Assembly: GCA_039794085.1 (NCBI GenBank)
Contig: JBDIWC010000057.1
Span: forward strand, 1 to 21,319
Length of the DNA: 21,319 nucleotides
Reading direction: 5' to 3'
Source of the DNA: Gemmatimonadales bacterium
Lineage (GTDB): Bacteria > Gemmatimonadota > Gemmatimonadetes > Gemmatimonadales > GWC2-71-9
The notes under the pieces are model-generated. The model was not told the DNA's origin. It made no database searches and saw only the letters and a program-made list of their open reading frames with translations. The position numbers were made by a program, and so were the translations under genes. Below, piece by piece: positions 1 through 6,551 of this stretch. Within the stretch, counting starts at the first letter, position 1. Every line of letters begins with the position of its first letter.

Positions 1-44
1 CGGTACTTGTCAAATCCGGCCTCGGACAGGGTCAGCTGCGACAT
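1..44 (-). CDS. IS5-family transposase, N-terminal fragment (MSQLTLSEAGFDKYR...)
   Basis: ATG at 44 with GGAG 7 nt upstream; the peptide fits the 'M-x-Q-x-T/S-L/F...F-x-x-Y-R-K' N-terminus of IS5-subgroup transposases. Only 14 complete codons are visible. Confidence 0.75.
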   Translation of the reverse strand, partial: MSQLTLSEAGFDKY

Positions 45-123
45 GGGTACGCTCCAACGCAAAGGGCACAATGGGTGAGAAAGGACTCACTCCTATTACG
101 TTGCGGAATTGATCAGAGTTTCC
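1..123 (-). mobile_element. IS5-family (IS5 subgroup) insertion sequence, left end, truncated by the window edge
   Basis: The minus strand reads TTAG|GGAAACTCTGATCAATTCC (123-105), a GGA-starting terminal IR next to a CTAA/TTAG (YTAR) target tetramer at 124-127, followed by a transposase-like start. Confidence 0.8.
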
Positions 124-134
124 CTAATTCATGT

Positions 135-163
135 AAAAAAAGGCGACCCTTTCAGGTCGCCTT
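135..163 (-). terminator. Rho-independent terminator
   Basis: Minus strand AAGGCGACC-TGAAAG-GGTCGCC-TTTTTTT: perfect 7-bp GC-rich stem (142-148/155-161) plus a T7 tail. Confidence 0.85.
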
Positions 164-166
164 GGC

Positions 167-213
167 GGCACCCGAGCCTTTCGGCGCCCCCAAAGAGGGA
201 GTCTTCGAGTACC
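167..213 (-). ncRNA. Small structured ncRNA (three-way junction), possibly Acido-Lenti-1-like
   Basis: GGUACUCGA pairs with UCGGGUGCC (9 bp, 2 G-U) and encloses CUCCC-UCUUU-GGGGG and GCC-GAAA-GGC (GNRA loop). Promoter upstream, terminator immediately downstream, no ORF. The family name is from recollection and unverified. Confidence 0.7.
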
Positions 214-219
214 GAAAGG

Positions 220-248
220 AATCTAGACAACAGTAGCCTAATCGTCAA
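220..248 (-). promoter_or_regulatory. sigma70-type promoter of the small RNA
   Basis: TTGACG (248-243), 17-bp spacer, TAGATT (225-220); predicted +1 near G213, the first base of the RNA stem. Confidence 0.75.
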
Positions 249-397
249 GCACCCGTCTTCGACCAACATAGCAACCCAACCCCGAACACCCACATTCAAC
301 TACGCCTGCTTGAGGCCATTCCTACTGCTGAATGCAAGGACCTGAACGGTACTCCCGGGCTCGCAGGGCCGCCGGAGGAGCCCGCGGCAAACGCGAT

Positions 398-832
398 CTA
401 CGCGTCTGCCTTTCGGGGCACGCTCCGGGGCCTACCACCCTTCCGCCCGTTGGCGCGCGACGCCTCGACCTTGGCCGTCGATCGGGAGGAACCACCGGCT
501 GCACCGGACGCCCGAAGGAGGATCTGTTTCCCGAGCACCACGCGAGCGAGGCCGGAGAGGCTCAGATCCTCATCCAGCCGTTCCCACCGCACTCCGACTC
601 CCGCAACTCCCACGCTCACCTCGGCCAGGTCCCGGTCGGTGGCCCGACGCAGGGAGGCAACGAGGTCGATCGGCACCAGCAACACGGCGCCGTTGGTGAG
701 TGTGACATGAAGGCGTCGATGGGCACGGTCGTAGCGCGCCTCCGCGACGACCGGATGGGTGGCGCGAGCCCGCCTCCGTGCCGCGGGAATCTGGGCCAGG
801 ATGTCCTTGTCGTGGATCACGTGTTCAGCCAT
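398..832 (-). CDS. DUF2442-domain protein (putative antitoxin), 144 aa
   Basis: Start reassigned to ATG 832 (MAEHVIH...), overlapping the upstream DUF4160 remnant. Motifs 'EARYD...LHVTLTNG', 'GVGVRWERLDEDLSLSGL' and C-terminal 'AKVEASRANGRKGGRPR' are typical of DUF2442 proteins. Confidence 0.85.
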   Translation of the reverse strand: MAEHVIHDKDILAQIPAARRRARATHPVVAEARYDRAHRRLHVTLTNGAVLLVPIDLVASLRRATDRDLAEVSVGVAGVGVRWERLDEDLSLSGLARVVLGKQILLRASGAAGGSSRSTAKVEASRANGRKGGRPRSVPRKADA

Positions 833-909
833 GTATTTCCCTCCAGGCCTGCTCAATCCGTGCGTGGTGCTTCTCCACCGTAACCATCCTCTTTCAGGAC
901 CGTCGGCAT
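825..909 (-). pseudogene. DUF4160-family gene (putative toxin) with a large internal deletion and frameshift
   Basis: ATG 909 encodes MPTVLKEDGY (DUF4160-like N-terminus), joined out of frame to VEKHHARIEQAWREIHG* (DUF4160-like C-terminus, TGA 827-825). Total length is only 85 bp. Confidence 0.75.
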
Positions 910-913
910 GAGG

Positions 914-942
914 ATAATAACCCAACGCTTGGGTTTATGCAA
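914..942 (-). promoter_or_regulatory. sigma70 promoter with an overlapping palindromic operator for the DUF4160/DUF2442 operon
   Basis: TTGCAT (942-937), 17 bp, TATTAT (919-914), 4 nt before ATG 909 (probably leaderless). Perfect inverted repeat AACCCAA-N3-TTGGGTT at 919-935. Confidence 0.65.
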
Positions 943-1395
943 TGCCGGTCAGGAACCTCGGGAAAACGCCTCGTCGCACGCACCGGCAGGGCATCCTTGA
1001 AGGAGACCCTCCAGTTTCGCTCAGGGCCCTCCGGACACCATCACCGATTTCGCTCGGGGAAGGTCCTTTCTACGCGGGTCAGGGATGGCCCTCGCAACGC
1101 GGGTCAGGATCCAGCGGAACCGAGCTCCCTTCTGCTGGTTTTCGGGAATGACGTGGGGCTATTCGGGTTTCCGGTCAGCCGTGTCATGCGGCAATCGTCA
1201 CAGAGACCTATAAACCGGGAACCAGAAGGGGCTCACGAAGTGCCGGAGAGCACCCCAGGCTCGGCGTGCTCGGCCTTGATTGGAGTTTCCCGGGGCTTTC
1301 GCCCCTTGCTCGGCCAAGTGAGGTGGCTGTCGCCACCGGGAACAGGGGTGAGCACCCGGCCGTGTCAACGGCCTCCCGCCGCCGAGCAAGGGGCG

Positions 1396-1707
1396 TCAGG
1401 CCCGGGTACGCCGCTCGAACGCCTCGTCCGCGTGGGCTGCCAGGGCAAAGTCGAGGTTCGTCACACCCCCGGCATCGTGGGTGGACAGCGCCACCGTCAC
1501 CCGGTTGTACACGTTGCTCCAGTCGGGATGATGGTCGAGCTTCTCGGCGTGCAGCGCCACCTCCGTCATGAAGGCAAAGGCGCGGACAAAGTCGGGAAAC
1601 TGGAACTGCCGGTGGAGGGCGCCGTCGCGAAACTCCCACCCGGGGTGTTGGGGGAGACACGCCGCGATCTCGTCCTCAGTCAGCTTGTGGGGTCGGGGGG
1701 GGGCCAT
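1396..1707 (-). CDS. phhB: Pterin-4-alpha-carbinolamine dehydratase
   Basis: Motifs '[10 protein letters not shown]' and '[14 protein letters not shown]'; GGAGG RBS upstream. Confidence 0.95.
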   Translation of the reverse strand: MAPPRPHKLTEDEIAACLPQHPGWEFRDGALHRQFQFPDFVRAFAFMTEVALHAEKLDHHPDWSNVYNRVTVALSTHDAGGVTNLDFALAAHADEAFERRTRA

Positions 1708-2191
1708 GGGATACCTCCTGTACCTGTTCGGCGGTCAAGCCGTAGAGCGGGGGAGTCGGGATGCCAAGCATGCCGAGCATGAGATAGAGCTGCCCCCGGT
1801 GGTGGATCTCGTGTTCCAGCATCAGTTGCAACCAGCGATCCACCCGAATATCGGTGCCTCCCGGGGTGCGGCAGCGGGCGGACCACCTCTCGGCGGGCAT
1901 TCCCTCCACCAGCCCCACCGACTCGGCGTGGAGCTGGTCCACCATGGCCAGGATTGCGGCCTTGGTGCGGGGAGCCGGCTGGTCCGGCCCCGGGAGGGTG
2001 GAACGATCGTGCAGCGCCGTCTCCACGAAGAGGTGACGTTCGCTCGTGGCCAGATGCCGGGCCAGAGCCCCTAGGGAGAACCCGTCCTCCCGGGCCTGCC
2101 ATCCCAGTTGGCGCTCGGGGAGGAGAGCGAGCACCCGGCGGCTGCGATCATGCACCCGGGCCCAGTAGCCCAGGAAATCGGCGCGATCCAT
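1676..2191 (-). CDS. DinB/YfiT-family protein
   Basis: 'LARHLATSE' and '[19 protein letters not shown]' His motifs. ATG 2191 preferred; GTG 2227 possible. Confidence 0.9.
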   Translation of the reverse strand: MDRADFLGYWARVHDRSRRVLALLPERQLGWQAREDGFSLGALARHLATSERHLFVETALHDRSTLPGPDQPAPRTKAAILAMVDQLHAESVGLVEGMPAERWSARCRTPGGTDIRVDRWLQLMLEHEIHHRGQLYLMLGMLGIPTPPLYGLTAEQVQEVSHGPPPTPQAD

Positions 2192-2245
2192 GAAGGCAAG
2201 TTGCCCGGGATGGAGCGCCAAGTCCACTGCAAGGGCCCAAGAATA

Positions 2246-2271
2246 CCGGTGAACTGAAGTGTGAAGTTCGA
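2246..2271 (+). repeat. 26-bp direct repeat, left copy (partner at 4869-4894)
   Basis: CCGGTGAACTGAAGTGTGAAGTTCGA vs CCGGTGAACTGAAGTTTGAAGTTCGA, 25/26 identical. Confidence 0.8.
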
Positions 2272-2272
2272 T

Positions 2273-2406
2273 GTAGGGGCGGTTCGTGAACCGCCCTTCT
2301 TCGCGGAGTCATCCCGAGCCGGAGGTGAGGAGCCTGCCCCGAGCCTGCGAGGGGATCTGAGAAAGCGGCAGGTGTAGTACGGGCCGTTCGCGAACGGCCC
2401 CTGCAC
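2273..2406. repeat. Inverted pair of GTAG-type REP palindromes (REPIN/BIME-like) enclosing a GTCATCCCGAGC...GAGGGGATCT element
   Basis: GTAG-GGGCGGTTCGTGAACCGCCC (2273-2296, +) and the perfect palindrome GGGCCGTTCGCGAACGGCCC (2381-2400, with GCAG on the minus strand); a second-family element lies at 2308-2358. Confidence 0.75.
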
Positions 2407-2502
2407 CCCGTCGTCCGGATCGCGGTGCTGGTCGTTGACACCCGCGTGGCGGTGAACGCGGCCGACGGTACTACTCCGGGAACCACCTTCGAACAGCTGT
2501 TC

Positions 2503-2534
2503 ACGCGAAGACGCGAAGACGCGAAGACGCGAAG
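2503..2534 (+). repeat. Tandem octamer (ACGCGAAG)x4
   Basis: Four perfect copies. Confidence 0.95.
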
Positions 2535-2625
2535 GAAGCCGGGGGGGCGATGGACGAGGCCATCCCCTGCTTCACCCTTTGCACTTCAAACTTCAGACTT
2601 CCCGTACCCGGGTAATGACAAGTAC

Positions 2626-2654
2626 TTGACGGTTTCTCTGCAGTGTGCTAACTT
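2626..2654 (+). promoter_or_regulatory. sigma70 promoter of the protease gene
   Basis: TTGACG (2626-2631), 17 bp, extended TGn-TAACTT (2649-2654); AAGGA RBS before ATG 2681. Confidence 0.65.
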
Positions 2655-2680
2655 GACTCATCCCCTTCAAGGATGAGATT

Positions 2681-4230
2681 ATGAGCGCAAGGCCGTCTGT
2701 GATGACCCGGGGGGGGGGGGGCTCACCTGTCTGCTGTCAGCGCTGCTGGTCGCGGGGTGCTTCCAGGATACACCCGTAACCCCTCCCGTCGCTCCGCCCA
2801 GCTTCTCTCTGAGCGCGATGCCGCTTGAGGAGGTTGGCGAGCTTCCACCCTTCGTCGAGATCGCCAACGAGGTTCCGTCCTTCGGCGGATTCTGGTTCAA
2901 CGAGCAGGACCAGATCGTGGTGGCGGTGACCGATCTGGCGGATTTCGAGCGTGTGGTCGGAATCATCCCGAGGTATCTCGGTGCCCATCAGCCAACCGGC
3001 TACGTCGCGATACAGGTCGAACGCTCTTTTGCGGATCTGGCCCGTTTTCGTGCCGCCCTGCGCGGTCCGGCCTTTGGCCGACGGGGGGTGGTCAGTCTGG
3101 GGGTGAAGGAATCCGCCAACCGGGTGGAGGTCGGGATCACCGATCCCGGTGTCGAGGCAACGGTTCGAGGATTGGCTCGCGGACTCGGCATTCCCGATAA
3201 GGCCCTGGCCATTGCTCAAGTGCCGGAACCTCGGGTCGCAACGCATACCCTCGAGAACCAGCATCCGAGCGGCGCGATCGAAGGTGGGTGGGAGATTGGG
3301 AGCCCCGCAGGTACCTGCACGCTTGGGTTCCCGGCTGTCCGGATCAGTGATGGATCGTACGTATTTGTCACCAACTCGCATTGCACGCCGTTACAGCATG
3401 GATTGGACGGGGGTGCGATTACCCAGCCTTGGGGTGGACCGACCGTGGGATGGGAGATCAAGGACCCGCCTGCGTGGTCCTGCGGCGGAACGCTCTGCCG
3501 CAACGCGGATGCGGCGCTCATCTCCGCAGTTCAGCCGGTGCAGTTCGCTCGCATCGCGCGAACTGTGGAGCGGGTGTTTACCGATATCTCCGGTGGTGAT
3601 CTGAGCATCAATCACCTCAATCCGACGTTTACCATCTCGAGCCGGCTCAACTTCGTGTGGGAAAACGAAGTGATCGAGAAGGTCGGGAAGACCACCGGAT
3701 GGAGCTCTGGATCGGTCGAGGACACCTGCACGGACTTCAACATCGAAGGGTGGACGAGGCTCTGCAGCGACCGTGTGGACTTTGCCATTGATCTGGGTGA
3801 CAGCGGATCTCCTGTCTTCTTCTGGAAGCCCGACGGAACAGCGGAACTCCGCGGAATCGCCTTCGCTCGGCAGGGGTGTGATTTCACATTCTGTTACAAC
3901 GATGCGATAATCTCGAATGTCCATCAGGTCGAGCTCGATCTCGGACTTCTCAGTGTTCATGGTGTGATAGCGAGGATCGAAGGGCCCACCGTCGTGCAGC
4001 CGAATACGAACTTCGTATGGTCGGCTGTGGTCTCGGGCGGCAAGGCCCCGTTCACCTTCGCCTGGTATCGGGATGGCGGGCTCGTTTCCACGTCCTCCAC
4101 GTACGCGGGGAATAGTGAGGCCAGTGACTTCCAACTGCGCTTGGACGTCCTGGACGCCCTGGGCGACGCATCGTCGGACACCGTGTTCGTTCAGATCACC
4201 ACGTGCCCTCCACCCCAGATCTCATGTTGA
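2681..4230 (+). CDS. Secreted S1 (alpha-lytic protease/chymotrypsin-like) serine protease lipoprotein with pro-region and C-terminal Ig/PKD-like domain; frameshifted at G13 (2709-2721) as assembled
   Basis: Catalytic motifs GTCTLGF, VTNSHC, NADAALI, GDSGSP. The frame upstream of ORF start 2818 encodes LTCLLSALLVAG-C (lipobox) without a start codon. ATG 2681/2702 (MSARPSVMTR) joins this frame only with G14 or G11. Confidence 0.85.
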
Positions 4231-4301
4231 CCGGGCCCTTCTTCGGTATTGGGGCAACGAACCGCTCCAGGGGATCAGGCGCACGGGGTGGCATCGTTAG
4301 C

Positions 4302-4880
4302 GTGCATCGGTGTTTCATCGTTCGGCCGTTCTCCGGGATGTCCTTCCTCCTGGTTGCCACCGCGGTGTCGGCTCTCACCCCTGCCCCGGTAACGGCACAG
4401 TCCCTCGTCGTGTCCCCGCGCGTCTCCCTGATGGGCGGTGACGAAACCGCGGGGTCCGCCGGGCTGCGCGCAGAGGCGGGATCGTCCTGGCTTGCTCTCT
4501 TCGGTCAGTTCGGTTGGTTCGGCGCATCGGGTGATTGTTTGACTATCGACCCTCCCCGATGCGGCACCCCGTCGTCTGGTGGCTTGGAACTCCTCGGTGG
4601 TGTGCGGCTTGGCCTGCCACAAGTCGGCCTGATGCGACCCGCGATTTCTTTGGGGGGTGGCGCCATCATGTGGGACGACGACCAGCCATTCAGGGGGGGG
4701 ACGGAGAGCGTCTGGGAGGCGGAGCTCAGGGTCGGAGTGAAGGTGTCCTCCTGGGCGGATCTTCTTCTGGGGGCGGTGGTGAAGAGCATTGGCCAAAGTG
4801 TCTCCGGAGGGAAGATGCTCTTCAGAGATCGCGGCACCTACGGGGGGATCGTGGTGGGTCTGTTGATCCCGGTGAACTGA
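4302..4880 (+). CDS. Secreted protein, probable small outer-membrane beta-barrel
   Basis: Signal peptide ending ...APVTA-Q; alternating amphipathic strands (SAGLRAEAG, ELLGGVRLG, AELRVGVKV, YGGIVVGLLIP). Start uncertain (GTG 4302 or ATG 4338). Confidence 0.6.
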   Translation: MHRCFIVRPFSGMSFLLVATAVSALTPAPVTAQSLVVSPRVSLMGGDETAGSAGLRAEAGSSWLALFGQFGWFGASGDCLTIDPPRCGTPSSGGLELLGGVRLGLPQVGLMRPAISLGGGAIMWDDDQPFRGGTESVWEAELRVGVKVSSWADLLLGAVVKSIGQSVSGGKMLFRDRGTYGGIVVGLLIPVN

Positions 4881-4910
4881 AGTTTGAAGTTCGAAGCTTG
4901 AAGTTTGAAG
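4869..4910 (+). repeat. Right copy of the 26-bp direct repeat, extended by a (TGAAGTT)-like heptamer array
   Basis: 4869-4894 matches 2246-2271; TGAAGTT TGAAGTT CGAAGCT TGAAGTT TGAAG. An inverted copy of the heptamer array lies at 2584-2601. Confidence 0.8.
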
Positions 4911-4927
4911 AGGGGGAACTGCCCTGC

Positions 4928-5230
4928 TCACCGCAGCGGTCGATCCCCGGAGCGGCGGAACAGGAAGGCGGTCAGGCGAAGTGCCGTCAGCGGTACTCCC
5001 ACCCACAACAGGAGGAGCAGCCCGTTCAGCAGCCCGCGCTGCTCTCCCACGAACCACAACACCACCATGAAGCCGAAGGCGCCGGCCCACACCCGGATCA
5101 GGATGTGGGATCGGGTCTGAGTCCGGAGACGAAGGGCCCATGCCGGGGCCGGGAACCGCCGCAGGACCGGCCGGAGCAGAATGTTGGCCGCGATCACCAG
5201 CACGCCCATCACCACGATCTCGGTCATCAT
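4928..5230 (-). CDS. Small integral membrane protein (100 aa, about 3 TM), unknown function
   Basis: ATG 5230 overlaps the GT2 stop (ATGA coupling); three hydrophobic segments. Confidence 0.7.
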   Translation of the reverse strand: MMTEIVVMGVLVIAANILLRPVLRRFPAPAWALRLRTQTRSHILIRVWAGAFGFMVVLWFVGEQRGLLNGLLLLLWVGVPLTALRLTAFLFRRSGDRPLR

Positions 5231-6375
5231 CTCAGGTTCCGGGGGGCACTGCCGTCGATGCCGTAGGTCCGGTCGCGCCATTGGACCCGTCTCCCACCTC
5301 TGACAATCGACCGGAGCGCAATCCACGCCGCCATCGCCGCCCCGGCCGGATATCCCGCGGCACAGGGCACCGGAATCCCCATCCCGGCGGAGACCAGTCC
5401 CCAGAACACCACCGAAGCGCCCATCGCCGTCCAGGTCCACGTCCCTCCTCCCAGCAGCAGGGCCGCGGGCGGTACCAGCCAGAAGAAAAACCCGGCCAGG
5501 AGCGTTACCGGAACCAGAAACCGCAGCAAGGGTTGGTGAGGGAAACTCTGGCGGCCTCCGAGATAGAGGTTCTTGGACCACCCCTCGACGAGTTCCGCCA
5601 GCGACCGGTACATCCGGGTGCGGATGAGGCCGACCGAGAATCGCATCCGCACCGGGTGTCCGGTCTCGAGGAGACGCTGAGCCAGGGCGAGATCCTCGGC
5701 CACGGCACCGCGGACCGCCTCATGCGTGCCGGCGCTCAGATAGGCCTCGCGCGTCAGCAGGATGTACTGCCCGTTGGCGATGGTGTCTCGGGTCTTCGTG
5801 GCCCGGTTGATTCGCAGAGGGTGATAGCGGACGCCGAGGAGAAGCCACACCTGAGGCATCACCACGCGTTCCCAGAAGGTGAGGCACACCTGCTCGGTGA
5901 TCACGCTCAGGGCGCCGGTGCCCTCTTCCCGCAAGGCGGACACGGCGGCGGCCAGGAGAGCCGGTTCATGCACCGTGTCGGCATCGGTGAAGCAGAGCAG
6001 ATCCCCGCGTGCCTCCCGGAACCCCTGCACACAGGCCCACGGCTTCCCGAACCATCCCGAGGGGAGGTCTGCCCCGGGTATCAGCCGGACCCGGGGATCC
6101 CGTGCGGCATGCGCGGCGACGATCGCCGCCGTGCGGTCGGTGGATTGATCGTCCACCACCAGCACTTCGACCGAGCCCCACTCGCTGGCCAGGAGCGACG
6201 GCAGCAGGAGAGGCAGGGTGCCCTCCTCGTTCCGGGCCGGCACGATGATGCTCACCAGCGGGTGGTCGTCGGGGACCGGTACCGTGGGATGCAAGGCCGG
6301 TCGCCGGGTGGCCAAGCGAGGCAGCGCGAGGAAGGGGAGGAGCCAGGGGAGGGCGGCGACGAGCGGCAGGGTCAT
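5227..6375 (-). CDS. Glycosyltransferase family 2, CrtQ/CruC/CruG-like (carotenoid/lipid glycosyltransferase)
   Basis: 'VSIIVPARNEE', 'VVDDQSTDRT', 'GWFGKPWAC', 'FTDAD', 'NGQYIL', 'AEDLALA', C-terminal TMs and 'VQWRDRTY'. Confidence 0.9.
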   Translation of the reverse strand: MTLPLVAALPWLLPFLALPRLATRRPALHPTVPVPDDHPLVSIIVPARNEEGTLPLLLPSLLASEWGSVEVLVVDDQSTDRTAAIVAAHAARDPRVRLIPGADLPSGWFGKPWACVQGFREARGDLLCFTDADTVHEPALLAAAVSALREEGTGALSVITEQVCLTFWERVVMPQVWLLLGVRYHPLRINRATKTRDTIANGQYILLTREAYLSAGTHEAVRGAVAEDLALAQRLLETGHPVRMRFSVGLIRTRMYRSLAELVEGWSKNLYLGGRQSFPHQPLLRFLVPVTLLAGFFFWLVPPAALLLGGGTWTWTAMGASVVFWGLVSAGMGIPVPCAAGYPAGAAMAAWIALRSIVRGGRRVQWRDRTYGIDGSAPRNLR

Positions 6376-6551
6376 CGGTCCGGTGATGAGACGGGGCGAC
6401 GGGTCGGCATGGCCGGGAATTCTACCCGCATCACGAGTTTGCCGCCCGAAATGTCTCCATGTGCACCGGGGTCCGGAGGGGCATGCCTCTGGTCAGGAAG
6501 CCGACTGACACCTATACTCCGGGGAATCCCTGAACCCGTCGAGGAGCACCC

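Noticed and set aside
833..925. N-terminal extension of the DUF2442 ORF in the ORF track
   Set aside because: It overlaps the DUF4160 remnant and promoter; the true start is more likely ATG 832.
943..1395. Known RNAs (tRNA, tmRNA, RNase P, SRP, TPP/SAM/cobalamin/fluoride riboswitches, hammerhead, group II intron)
   Set aside because: Diagnostic conserved motifs not found by eye on either strand; kept only as an unassigned structured region.
1676..1707. 32-bp dinB/phhB overlap with a G9 run as a programmed frameshift
   Set aside because: Both proteins look complete and phhB has its own RBS and ATG.
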